From positions 35,631-99,630 of the forward strand of contig NMRA01000416.1 in assembly GCA_002633005.1 (NCBI GenBank): DNA of 64,000 bases. Reading direction: 5' to 3'. The position numbers and the translations under genes were made by a program. The notes beneath the pieces are model-generated. The model was not told where the DNA came from. It saw only the letters and a list, made by a program, of their open reading frames with translations, and made no database searches. This document shows, piece after piece, positions 1 to 13,800 of this stretch (positions within the stretch are counted from its first letter, which is position 1; each line of letters begins with the position of its first letter). This DNA comes from Phoronis australis (Eukaryota; Animalia; Phoronida).

Positions 1-553
1 CTGCCGGTTTTTCTTGGCTTCCGCAAATTGACCTAATTTGAAACTACGAACACGAATTCTGAAAACAGCTAATCGAATTTCACTGAAACTTTCCAATTTT
101 AATATTTATTCATCAGTATCAAAATAACAGGACTTTCCTTTTAAATGCCTAGTTTTGGTGAATGGTAGGATAGGCAAATACAAAGTGCTATTTTTACAAA
201 AATACCTTATATTTAGGAAGTTAATTTGACATTCAAAAATTGTCAATTAAATTAAATGAGCAATCAAAAATTCCTAAAGGGTTATTAGGCAAATTGTGAA
301 GGTTTCATTTGAAAAGAGTTTCTTTAAAATCAACCAAGGGGTTATTTTGCTATGAATGTACCTTTCTTTAAATCGAAATTTTGACTTAAAAAGGTGGAAA
401 TATAATGATAATAATGGCACATAGATATAAACATATTTTTATAATCTCTGATCCTAGTTGTTTCAGAAAATATATCAGAACTTTTACTAGTTCACATAAC
501 CGGCTTTTTTGATGAGTTAGAATGGAGGTCACTTTATAAGGTTTAAGATAACC
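1..553 (-). mobile_element. Partial non-autonomous DNA transposon (MITE family also seen at ~47155-47585 and 57400-57915)
   Basis: The reverse complement of 20-95 (gaaagtttcagtgaaattcgattagctg...) resembles 47500-47565 and 57838-57890. The element ends ...ATAACC followed by TTAA at 554-557. Confidence 0.4.
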
Positions 554-1734
554 TTAAGCTATGCAATCTAAAAATTTAAAAAATATACAAAAGACTGCCT
601 GTTAACTATTGACAGAATCTAGTTGCACATGCAGGAAAGGTAGATTAATGTCCTTCTAATTTACTGAACCCTACGGCCATAACTCTCATTAGAGTAGACG
701 AATGAAGTCATGTTTGTCATCACAAATACAGAAATATCCCAATCTGACGAACTAAAAAACAAATCACTGTCCTCTTGTAAGGCCAAAAAAGCAAAGCTGA
801 TTCTGGCCGCCAATGTTTTGAAAAGTGAGTTATTGATGCCGTATCTTTTGATTTCCTGACATTTTCAAAAAAGAAACTGCACCCGAGACGAGCAAAAACT
901 AAGTTGGCGAATCGTGGCATTTCAAACCTTGTGTACCCTTGCTTACTTACCTTTGTACAACTTTTAAAAACCTTGAAAGCTTGGGTGAAACTGATGCGAG
1001 TGATTCTTTTTTCAGTGTGAGACCACAGGTCTCAAAATGAGTCTGGCTCCAGACTAGACCCAACTATGTTTTTGGCATTACCATTTAACTACATAACCAC
1101 TTGATTAATCCTTCAAAATATTAGCCCAGGTAATAACATTCTTAAGCCAGTAAATAATCTATCCTTAATCCCACAATCGAGTAATTAATAAATTGACAAC
1201 TTCGCTTCAACTTGCTTTTAATTTGTCAGAAAAATTATCCAAAAATTACTTCTATTTAACACATAAATTGGGACATGCATACAAAAGTTTAGCTTTAATC
1301 GACAACTTCTCATCATCTTTGACATAATGTTAGTTCCTTATATGTCAATTTCAACATTACAACTCTTTCAATTCATAATTCCGAAAACACGGAAGGCAAC
1401 ATTGTTCCTCATTATTCAGTCCAGGCCAGTGACACCTGCTAATCCTCTGTGACAGCTCCATCTAGAGTGTCACTATGACAAAATACACAGATTTCTAATC
1501 CAACAGTGAAAGTCTTACTGCATCCAGGGGTGTGCCTATAGGGACAAAAATTCAAAAGGACTGGAGATAATCCTTAATCTCATGTTTATCAATCATGATT
1601 TGACCTGAATGTGTCAACAGGTTTCAATGAGCTTAGGACAACCAACGTGTCACAACTGACTGTTGGGTCTATATAAAGTGAAGCCACCAGCGTTGTCAGA
1701 CCAATTGAACACTGACAGCGCAAGAGAGTAAATC

Positions 1735-1983
1735 ATGAAGGTTTCCAACAAGAAACACTGCAGGCAGAACAGAAACATCAACAAGAGTTACGGTCGACTG
1801 AAAGCGCTCAACATACACTTGCGGGATGTTATGGTGCGATATCGTGACGCACACAAAGTGGGTAATGTGCTTCGCCAGGTGCAGTTGATTGCCCATGCCA
1901 GCCAGGTGAAAGAAGAGCGTGACCGCATGGCCACTGAAGTGAATGAAGTTCAAGGTCATGGCATATCGTGGGATGAGACATGA
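1735..1983 (+). CDS. Small intronless basic/helical ORF (82 aa), function unknown
   Basis: TATATAAAG at ~1670, atcATG start, an open 82-codon frame richer in GC than its flanks, and AATAAA downstream at ~2469. No confidently recognised domain. Confidence 0.4.
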   Translation: MKVSNKKHCRQNRNINKSYGRLKALNIHLRDVMVRYRDAHKVGNVLRQVQLIAHASQVKEERDRMATEVNEVQGHGISWDET

Positions 1984-2871
1984 TGGTAAAGAAACACACT
2001 GGTGTACCACCGTGATTAAACAAACAGTCCTTTTAAGGACTACCTACACCTTCCAAAGAGAACTGTTCACTAAATGATTTGGTTCCATGTGGCAAATATC
2101 ATTTTGTACTTCATGTTCAAAACAGATATTCCTGCACTTTTTGCGCATTACTGCTACCTTTTCACATAGCTTTCTTAAGGTACTTTTAACACAGAGATGA
2201 ACTACTCGTCAGCAATAATATTTGTTGACTCAATGATTAAGCTATCATGTGTCGAGTGAAATGAAGACCCTTCTTCTAAAAATTACACAATGATCCAGAC
2301 AAAATTTTTGTGTATAAATTAAAACATAAGTTTTGTTTGATTTCACACTCTGCTTAGAGAATCAAACATCCCATCAACGTATACTTTCGTTTTTTACAAA
2401 TATTTCTGTTTTTATTTTGTCTGATACATTATTAGTTTTTCCTTTATTGTTTGCACTTGTGAGAACGAAATAAATTAAAAAAAACTATAAATTCTTGTAT
2501 TTCCAACCTACAGGTCAAAGGCAATAAAACTCTAGCTTTCCTCATGCAGTTGGTAGTAAATATACCACAAAATTAGAATGTAACACTATGGTTAAATGGA
2601 CATTCTTGGCAAGAAAAGTACTTTGAAAGTAGCAGCAACACAAAATCGAACTCTCAATCTCCGCAGTAGCAACCAAATACTCAACAACTGAGCCACATCC
2701 CACACATTAAATAGCAGAGTAGTTTAAATGCTTTTATAGTAAAGACACCACCCTTGATTTCAGCGAATGTCTACATCCAGCTTTTATGTTATTTTGTAAC
2801 ATGCATCAATTCGGAATTGTCAAGGTATGAGGTGTAACCGATTCACAGATGCAACATATAAGTCAAACTAA

Positions 2872-4423
2872 AGGAGAATGCCACCCGATTTAGTCTTTTT
2901 TACCGTCTTAATTGGTCTATATCCACATTGCCTCTTACGGTGGACCTCACCTTGCCAAGAGGTGTCACGTTAACCTGTAAGGAAGGTAAGAAATGACGCA
3001 GCGATGTCAGTGGTTCATCTGCAGACTGAATGCCGCCATATTGTGGTGCGTCGTTCCCGCTTGTCCGAAATATGAAGCTGCGTTGAAAGTGGGTATATCG
3101 TGTTTTCGGCTTCCTCGAGAGCCCGAAGTGGCTCTTGTTAGTGAAGAATGAAAAGTACACTGTTAATAGCAAGTATGAGGCCGTGAAACATCTCCGTGTC
3201 TGTGGCCGGCATTTCGTCGACAGTGATTTCTCTGATGAATTCCGGCTAACCAAAGAACTATCCATACATTCCGTTGCCTGTGCATGTTCACGGTGCCTCT
3301 ATAGTATTTCTTGATCAGTGTATTCAGGTTCGAACTTATAGCCTAACGATCCTACCCGTAAAGTCTTCGCCAGATGAGCTCTCGACTAAGTCGGGATTGG
3401 CGCCGGGTGAGTTGCCATGTAGACGTTTATTATTCTGCGTTCTGTTTCAAAATGAATTATTCTCACCCTAACCAATGCTTATATAAAACTGAAACAAAGT
3501 CTGTCTCACTAGATACAATTTGTGCCTGGATTCAGATGCAATAAAGGTAATTGACCAGGCATCGGGGCTGTGTGAGCGCATGCTAATTCAGTGTTTGCTG
3601 AAAGAAATCTGTTGTGAAACAATAACTCGATGTTATATGCTATGGTCACATGTTAGGGGAATCCTTATTTAGATAATTATAAAAATACATTATTCAAATC
3701 ATTGTTACTGAACAACCTTTGCCTTGACAGGTCTGTGGAAGGGAACCTGACTTCGCGCCCCCCAACAAGTAAGACGATTTTTAGTTTCATGGCTAATTCC
3801 CCTAAATAATTACATGCACATTTTTTTGGCTCACTATTATAGGGTTTTCGTGACTGGAGATCTATGTTCATGATATCCAGTCCCGAAGACAGCGACACCG
3901 GGCCTGATCAGGTTCCGAGCCACTGGACGGGAGTAACAAGTGTTTTGTGTTTAGAACTGAAAATATCGCAAGTCTAAAAGTACAACACACAGTTATGTTC
4001 CGCCGTCTGTATTTCACAGAAGAATGATTCGAATTTATCACCAAACAGACCCTAACTCCCGCAATTCGACTATGGTAAATTGGTCTACTGAACTCTGTAG
4101 GCTACGGTACGTTCAAATACCTATAAATTCCTAAAAGTGAATTAAAACAACACATTTGTTCAAGAACTCGATATATTTGTTAGGGGTTTACATCGAATTT
4201 TGATGATTTATTGGACGTGTAAAAACGATGAATTGAAGCGATAAGTTGAGCATGCTGTGAACGACTGAACACACTGCGTTTGAACCGATTACGTCACTTG
4301 TTAATTTCAACACCTCCGTCTGCCGTTAGGTGTCAGGTAAAACAACTGAACTTGCTGTTATCGAGTGGAACTACTCGATCTAAATTCATATAAAATAGGT
4401 TGTTTTTTGGGTGGCATTCTCCT
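2872..4423 (+). mobile_element. Kolobok-type non-autonomous DNA transposon, copy 1 (frameshifted THAP remnant)
   Basis: TIRs AGGAGAATGCCACCC / GGGTGGCATTCTCCT with degenerate TTAA-like flanks (CTAA ... TAAG); colinear with 19207-20915; carries CVVPACP...FRLPREPE...VCGRHF broken by a deletion. Confidence 0.8.
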
Positions 4424-4713
4424 TAAGTTTATAGTAATCGAACAAAATACTTGTTGCGTTTCCCCAATCACGAACGTTAATAACAGCATAATTGAAAGGA
4501 AATAACTATTATGGGGAGAAAATTATAATTACAAAGTGACTTAGCCACGTTACTAGCTTTCCTGTCAATTCCCCTTCATTCTTGGTCATGAGGAAAAACT
4601 CTTCTGACGATGAATTTGTCTTCTGCCCAGTGGTCACGACGGGGCATTCCGGGTCATCTTGTCTGAATACCTTTGGAGTGTACTTAAGATGAACAGATAC
4701 CAAAAACACCTAC

Positions 4714-4831
4714 CATAGGACACTGCTCCTTCTAGGTAGAGCTCCTTCAATATACAGTGTGCCGTCAGGTTCCATTTCAACATAAAGTCCTGGCCAATAC
4801 GACTGAAGCAGAATGTTGACTTGGATGCTAC
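4714..4831 (-). CDS. RFX coding exon 11 (dimerisation domain)
   Basis: aag|VASKSTFCFSRIGQDFMLKWNLTAHCILKELYLEGAVSY G|gtaggt; a divergent version of FLLxW...IRDLTLxSAxSFG. Confidence 0.85.
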
Positions 4832-7800
4832 CTTAGATTGTAAACAGACCATTTTAATTTTAAACTATGTTTTGCATTTCTTTGAAAGTAAATCTGTTCA
4901 AAAACAACAACAACAAAAAATAATTCAAGAAGCACAGTTTGATTCTGGTATGTTTTTTTGAAAATCGATCTGTTGGTGAGGAATTTTTTTGCTTCACATT
5001 AATTTGGTAAAAAAATCCGAGACCAGCAAAATTGATGCATGACTTGTTTGGCAAATGAGCCATTTCAAATGTTGCTGCTGACATGCCTTTGTGATGTTTT
5101 TCAAAAAAGAAACTGGATACCGGATACCTTGGCTGAAATTGATGCTGGTGGATGTATATTTAATCGGTGAGTGCAGGTCTCAAAATGAGTTGGGGTACAC
5201 ACCAGAACCACCTTTTCTTTGTTTTTGACTCTTCAACTTAAGTTTCAAACTAGTCTAACACGATAGCACACAATTTCTGTTACCAAAATGTACATCAAAA
5301 CTGTAAGCGACTCAAGAAAACGCTTCAGAGTTTATTGAATTTGGCTGACACTTAAATTGCATATTATGAATACATTGTATCCGTGACTTAAATGACTCAT
5401 TTGGCAATTTAGGATCTGATGAGTATAGTGAAACCTCAAAGCACTTTGATTAAGGATCCATCATGACAACTAAAGAGCAAAGATGTCCTGTTTAACTGTA
5501 AATTTTAAGGCCCAATTTTCAAATCTTTAGTTATCAGGGCTTGGAATGACCAATGACAAAAAACGCGGAAACTTTTACGGCCCAAAACATGCGCACTACC
5601 CAGACTTGAAATAGTCGATGTGAACCTTTCGCCGACAAACATCGCTAGAACTAAAAAAAAAAAAACGTTACCACCATCAGTAGCATGCGTCTGCGTCTTT
5701 TTATCTCGTCCATCCACTCCTCCACTCCCATTCCCACACATTTTTGGCTGCAGAGCCGTAGTATTTGTCACCACGGTTTACAGTCACACGAGATGCCATT
5801 GAAAATCCCACCACACTATCCCAGATGCCCCGGCAATGTTGACAATTTACGTTCCTCCGAAACATAAAGAGCAACTTCCGCTTTTCGAGGTGAACGTCGT
5901 CGGCAACGCCGCGGTAGGAAAGGAATTTGCCACGGAAATTTTATATCAAATCCGATTTTTTTACGCGGAAATATAATAAAATGCGCTGACAGAACATTTG
6001 AAAAAAGCGGAAATCCGCGTTTCCGCGGAAAATTCCAAGCCCTGAGTTATTGTGATAATAAATCACGAACTGCTTCATTGTTTTTGGAATATTCACATTA
6101 CCTTTTTGACAAAGCGGTCTACTAGACTTCTGATCCAGACAAAGTACTTCTCCATTGTCACAAGCTGTTCCAGCATATTTCCAAACTCCTGAAGGTCTAA
6201 TACAACAGCAAACAGTCTATAATTATTGCACGTATTCAACATCAACTAAACAAAAGAGGTGGAAGGGATATTAATTATGTTACCAATCAACTGACCCATC
6301 TTTGAGGAGTGAAGTGAAGTGCAACAAAGAATATTTTGAGGGCAGTCTAAGCTGCTTTATGGCGATTATTAAAAAGGAATAAAATATTTAATATTACCAT
6401 TATGATGGGACACATAATTTTTGCAATGACAAATTTCACGTCTCTTGATTTCTTTTAAGAGAAAAATCAAATTCTGATTAACCTAGGTTAACACTTCTAG
6501 TTTTCTATGATAATCTACTAACTATATCCAGAGTAGAGTTTGTATGCAATCATTTCAAATTTGTTCCTTTTGTTTGATGTTTCAAATCAACCAGTGGAGG
6601 CTTACACTTCACAATTCTCTTGGAGTCCCTTGTTGCCTGCACACCCATTGTCCAGGTGCACTGTGACACAACGGCATTGAAGTCCAGTTTCAGCCAATCA
6701 ACTCTCATTAGTATCACACTGTCGTAACAGTGAAGTATCGTTCGACTGAAGGTGACCTCGTGGTTTAGTTCAGCCTTTTTTTGCAAGATTCCGCAAAAGG
6801 ATTTTACAACTGAAATATTGACACGAAGACAAGATAATGCACCATAAGGTGTACCAAAAGACTCATGAATTGCATCCATTCAAAGAAAATACACTACAGA
6901 TCAAACGTATCCACTACACAAAATTGACCCTGAATTCCCAGTCACAACGGTTGGACACCAGCCGAAGTCATTGACATAGCAGCCCAAGTCATTGACATAG
7001 CAGCCTTTCATCCTGATTGTGAATAAAAGGGGATTTACCAGAAATTTAGTGAAGTGGAAACTATATTCTAGTTGATAATTGGTGTAATGACAGTTCATGG
7101 TCAATCATTTTTAGCTGTGAATGGTATCAACCGTCATGACAGACAAACAGCATTTTGTCCGATTGCTTTTCGTAATGTACTGTAACTCTCCAACATCTTC
7201 ATTAAGTTCAAGGGCTTGAATTTCTGGAATGTGAAATAAATTGTAAACCAACATGACACATTTGCTAAGTATTGGAAAATTAAGCCCATGAATAACAAGA
7301 ACAATGCAAATAGTATGATTCTAGGGGAGTTTATTTCTAGTATAAAAATGGGCATTATATATGGCACAGAAAACAGAAACATTTTTAGAGCAACGCGGAG
7401 CGTTGAAATGCGCCCACAATTGCACCGCATACGGTATCCTTCTAGGGTTGTTTATTGGTACCATAAATTGGCCAGTAGAGGGCATACTTTGCAAAATGGA
7501 AAGGCATGGTCATAGTCTCCTCAATAGGCTAGGGGCAAAATGTGAGTTATCTTCATAATACAAGCACATCCTATACACCATTTGCTTAAAGCACCACAGA
7601 AACATAGAATTAAAAACAAATTTACCAACATACGAGATTAGCACAGCATTAGAATGCCAGAAACAAATTTCTACTTAGAACTTTTCCTTCACAGTCACGA
7701 AGTAACACAAAGTATACACCTGAAGACCTATGAAAATACAGAGGTCAATGTAAAATACTAAAATTGCCACTAGAGGCAAATACTAAAATTGCCACAAGAG

Positions 7801-10800
7801 GCATACCGGTAGTCAGAATCATCCTAAAGTCGTCATCGTCCGTTGTCAACATCACATAAATACACTTGCTAAATTTAGTAAAGATCCTGCAAACGGTTTG
7901 GGAGATACAGCCATGGGCGCAAAAAAACAAAACTGCCACTAGGAGGCGCCACAGTAGTCCAAATCGTCTGAAAATCATTGTCAGCTGTCTTCCTTATAGT
8001 AAGCACATACACGCCAATTTTCACAATCATCCTTTGAGCGGTTTGGTTGATAGAGGGGTGGACGCAAAAATACAGACTCGAAAACAGTAAAAATGGCCAC
8101 TAGGTGGCGCAAACTACGTCGAATCCATCTGAAAACAGTAGGATAGCGTCATCTCACTAATAGGTGCCTACATACCAAATTTCATGAAAATCCGTTCAGG
8201 ACTTTTGAAGATACAAAGGTAAGCGTAAAAAACTAAAATTGCCACTAGGGGGCACACCGGTAGTCGGATCCGACCAAAAGTCGTCATCTTCCGTTGTTAA
8301 CATCATATAAATATACTTACACAATTTTTAAAGATCCTGCGAACAGTTTAGGAGATACAGCCATAGGCGCAAAAAAACAAAACTGCCACTAGGAGGCGCC
8401 ACAGTAGTCGAAATCGTCGGAAAATCATCGTCAACCGTCCTCTACATAGTAAGCATATACATGCCAATTTTCACAATCATCCTTTGAGCGGTTTGGTTGA
8501 TAGAGGGGTGGACGCACAAAAACAGACTCGAAAACACTAAAAATGGCCACTAGGTGGCGCAAACTATGTCGAATCCATCTGAAAACGGGAGGATAGCGTC
8601 ATCTCACTAATAGGTGCCTACATACCAAATTTCATGAAAATCCAATAAGGACTTGTGAAGATACAAAGGTAAGCGTAAAAAAATTAAAATTGCCACTAGG
8701 GGGCACACCGGTAGTCGGATCCGTCCAAAAGTCGTCATCTTCCGTTGTTAACATCATATAAATATACTTACACAATTTCGTAAAGATCCTGCGAACGGTT
8801 TAGGAGATACAGCCATAGGCGCAAAAAAAAAAAAACTGCCACTAGGAGGCGCCACAGTAGTCGAAATCGTCGGAAAATCATCGTCAACCGTCCTCTACAT
8901 AGTAAGCACATACATGCCAATTTTCACAATCATCCTTTGAGCGGTTTGGTTGATAGAGGGGTGGAAGCACAAAAACAGACTCGAAAACAGTAAAAATGGC
9001 CACTAGGTGGCGCAAACTATGTCGAATCCATCCGAAAACGGCAGGATAGCGTCATCTCACTACTAGGTGCCTACATACCAAATTTCATGAAAATCCGTTC
9101 AGGACTTTTGAAGATACAAAGGTAAGCGTAAAAAACTAAAATTGCCACTAGGGGGCACACCGGTAGTCGGATCCGTCCGAAAGTTCGCACATGCCGTCCC
9201 ATTCATGAATGGAACATATGTGCCAAATTTCATGAACGTATGTCGAAGGGTTTTGGAGATAGAGCAGCGGACGCCGGACGGACGGACGGACAGAGATGAC
9301 GGCATAATGCGTCCACATATAAATATGTGGGCGCATAAAAATGAAATAGCCACTAGGGGGCACAGCACTCGTCGGATCCATCTGAATTTCATCGTCATTC
9401 ATAGTCAACTTCATATAAATACACTTGGCTGCTAAATGTAATAAAGATCCTGCTGAAGGATTGGGAGAAACAGCCATGGCCGCAAAAAAATCAAAACTGC
9501 CACTAGGAGGCATCACAATAGTCGAAGTCATTGGAAAATCTTCAGCAGTCCTCTTCATAGTAGGAACATACATGCCAATTTTCACAATCATCCTTAGAGT
9601 GGTGTGGTTGGGCGGACACCAAAAAACAGACTCGAAAACAGTAAAATTGGCCACTATGTCGCGCAAAATACCTCGAATCCATCCGAAAACGTGAGATGCC
9701 TATCTGCCAAACTTTATGAAAATCCGCTGAGGACCTTGTTTGAGGTAAACCTAAAAAACTAAAATTGCCACAAGGGGGCACACTGGTAGTCCGATCTGTT
9801 TGAAATATCGCTCATGCCATACCATCCAGGAAAGGAACACACTGTGCAAAATTTCATCACCGGTAGATTTTGGAGATATAGCGGACGTCAGAGAGACAGG
9901 CATGACGACATGTGGGTGCATAAAAATGTGTAGGTATTCTAGAATTCTTAGGTCTCTTTACCCAAAGAGCTAGAAGCCTTTTTTGGTCATACCTTGCTGA
10001 CTTATTCTGAGATTTAAAACGGTAGAAGTTAAATAGGTTTTGAAGTTATGATTTTTAATGAAACAGCCCTAATGTTTTTTGGCCTTACCTTTCATCTTCC
10101 CACAAGCCAGTAGGGGGTGTTGGCCGCCAATGGCTTCACATGTCCACTTCACCAAGTTTTTGCAGAACACTTGAATATCTTGCAGGAGTCTAAAATATTG
10201 ATTCATTAAAACATCAATGCTAAATGCGTTTGATACCACACCCTGAATACAAAGCATTTACATGCATGTGCACAGTGCAACAAACTCCCACCTGCCTTCT
10301 AGTTCATAGACAGAAGAAAATAAGGATTTTGAAAATGGTGGAAAAGATTTTACTGGAAAAATGCCGCACAGTAACAGGCCCAACGAGAGGCACTTGACCC
10401 TGTAGCTGGGTTGAAGCTCCATGGCTGAAAAAAACGCCAGCAGCCGTAGATGGCCCAACAAAGTACCCGCCTCTTGGTTCTGCATTTACTTCCACAGAGG
10501 AAACATAATGTCCTACTGTCTATTGAACAGAATCTGTGTATTAGACACATAATAGACACACTTAGTTACACTGGGGAGTAACAGTAGACTATACTAACAA
10601 TGACAACCTGTGGTGTGGTAGTTACCTATTGAGTAACTGTGTCTAAGTATCATTACTTCTTGTTTGGCCTAGCAAGATGGCCACTGTTTTTGCTTCCGAG
10701 GATGGTGTTTTAATAAATGAAGAAACACGTTCAGCCAATTTAAATCCATCATTGTTTTTATAAAATAATGTTGCAACTTGCTATCATGGAGATCTTTTGG

Positions 10801-13800
10801 AAATCTCATCAGAGATCTAGCAAGGAAATATGGATCTGTCAAAGTCATTTATCACTCAATGGAAGTGAATGAGCAACAAGATGCAAGCATTTTGTCAGGT
10901 AATTTAATTCATTTTCTATTGTTCCTAAGATAATACACATTCACCTTGGGTACAGTAATTAATACAAAAAATGTCTTTACAGGATAACCAGGATCTAAAT
11001 TACAAAAGGCAGCATCAAAAATGGTAGCTTTCCCCTTTACAACAAGTGGAAGTGACGGCGATGATGAAGGTGACAATACTCACAGCACAGGCAAAGTCTG
11101 TACAATACTTGGCACCAACACATTCTCCACGACGGAGTACAGCACAGAGTCACAGAGTGCGATCAGCTCGCAGGTGTACTTATGCTTCATACTACTGACG
11201 ATGTGTGGGGGAACAGACTTCCAGAAGTTCAGTAACATGGAGTGTACCTGGACAAAGTAGAGTGCTGGGACTTACCAGTTATTGCAGGCACATGACAGTC
11301 ATGCCCATAACCATCATGAATATTTGCTTTTAAAAGTCACATTTTCCTTACTTTTGTCAATTACATTGAATGAGTATTTGACATTGCATGACACCTTATT
11401 ATTATTTCAAATAATAACCATACTGACAACTGATATGTTTGAAACAATACAAATGAAAATACTCATCAATGTTTTATCTTTCTACATGTAATTAAAAAAG
11501 TGACCACCAGAACAAGGATTGCAGTCCATCATCATTTCCAACAAGTTCACAAATCATAGAGCAAATTTTGCGAAATTGATTAATTGTGTTAGGTCAATTA
11601 AAATTGACCTAACTAATTAAAATTGACCTAACACAATCAACATGGAATTTATTCAATTAGCCATGTTACACAGCAAGATCCATCTCACTGTTTAATGATG
11701 TCCACTTTGCCTTATACTGACCTGCTTGAAGTCTGCCCTTACGAGACACTCAAGGAGTCTCTGACAAAATGACTTGTAGAGCTGCAGCACTACCGCCACC
11801 TGTGGAGATTATGATATGAGCTATAGAGCACCTTAACTGAACTAAGGACAAAACACACAAAAATTCCAACCAAGGCAGGCGCCTGTATACGAATGTCATG
11901 GTCGTGTTCAATAACTGTCTAGCAGCAAGAAAATCAAGCCAAAATCACATGGTCTCGTTTAAAATACATGATGAGATCTTGCTTTTCTAAAGCTGAGACA
12001 CTAGCCTTATTGAACTTGACCCACTAGGCCATACATGAAGCTAAGTTGAATGAGATCATGTGCAAAGAATTACAAGTGGCATAATATCCATGCCGTATGC
12101 CAAAAACAAACAAAATTTTGACTTACGGTGCTTACAAAGAAAAGTTAGACTCAAATTATTCCTCAGTAAAATTCAGGGTGACTCCAGGACTGCAGGTCTG
12201 AAATTTTGTAAGGTGTTAGTTTGGTCTGATGAACTAACGATCAGTCAGTTCTTCTTGAGTCCAGTCATCACTTCTTCACAAAGTAGGTAATAAAACGAGA
12301 CCAATTTTACAACGGTATGACGTAAGTTTCTCTAATAAGTATACTATTAGATTAATGCAGCTTCAAACATTTTCGAAAGAATTGTTTCAACTCCAAACCC
12401 ACGAGGTTAGACACATGCTTATCGCTTTTCTAGCGATTGATTGAATCTACTTTGCAAAGCAGCTGCAGTACACTGTGAAAAAAGTACATGTGAAGTAAGA
12501 GATAAAATACATAATAATTGCTTATGATAGAAAATGCCAACACAAATTATGTAATTTGAAAGTGACTACTCTTTGTGACCTGATAACAAAATCAATTTCA
12601 ATAAAAATGAAACAGGCTTTCATTCGACTGTACTTGTACACAAAGTCAGCATTACCACGTCAAGCATCTCAGCTGGACAGTGAACTCCTTGGACACTTGG
12701 GAAGCCAGGTATAATGATACTTGTATGACCCAGGTGTATATCGCTACCCCCTACACCGTCAGCATCAACTTGGCTCTGAAATGATTGTGGACAAATACAA
12801 CACGTAGAGTTCAGTCAAAATTAATGTACCTCATTCAGTTATATCGTGGATAGAAAAAAGAACAAAGTGGAGTGCTAAAATGCGCCCACGACTGCACTGC
12901 AAACAGTGTTGCTTCTAGGAGTGTTTATTTGTATCATAGAAAATTGGCCATTAGATAGCACAGAATACATTGAACCCATCCAAAAATGGTGCAATCGTGA
13001 GCATGAGATCGAAACAGTGAAACGTCAAATTATCGATTAAATTAATGAAATGGTGTGTTCGTAAACACAAGTCACAGAGGTAGTGCGCAGCAACTCAGAC
13101 GTTATGCATTCATTCTCAATTGTCGTATCAACACACAACTCCCTTCATTTTCACCAGCATCTTTCTATCCTACGTACACCTTACTAACTCAATATTTCAG
13201 TGAATTGAGAGGACTGAGGGCACCTACGGAACTGCTCTATGCCTGGTGGAAGATTTGATTTGAGTGACAGCACTGTAACCTTTGACCTCGGATAAGTAAT
13301 AAACAAATTTTCCCAGAGAATGAAGATAATTTATTAAACATAATGTGAAATGTTGTAAAGACGGCCCATTTTTGAGAATAAGGTTTGAGATATCGGTAAC
13401 AAGAAAAGAATCATCATGGCATTCCGTTATTTAATTCCTGGTATTTCAACTACGGTAAAACTTACTCACTAGTCACTGACGGCCATTTTTCAAATGCATC
13501 ATGGGGCGGTTGTCTGCTCAGATACATCTGATGACATCATAGAAAATTTGTTTACTAAGTCTTGTAAATATTATAACAGAAAACAGTTCTTGTCACTGGA
13601 GAACACACACCATAAATGGAAGCACAATTCCACTACAACTTTCATTGTGGGGCAAGTAAGACTAAACAAGCGCCATATTAATGTAAAAATTGAGTGAGTC
13701 CCCATGGAATGCATCAAATGAACTCAAAGATTTTTAGCAAATCTTTTGTATACAATATTCTTGTGGCGTACACCGTATTATCACACTACAGTAAATCTCA

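Noticed and set aside
2900-3265. Minus-strand ORFs 2900-3265 and 19411-19644 as a second transposon gene
   Set aside because: They are antisense shadows of the THAP frame, diverge from each other beyond the shared segment, and have no recognisable motif.
9099-9781. ORFs up to 172 aa in the 7.7-9.9 kb repeat
   Set aside because: They are translations of tandem repeat units in several frames, with no recognisable domain.
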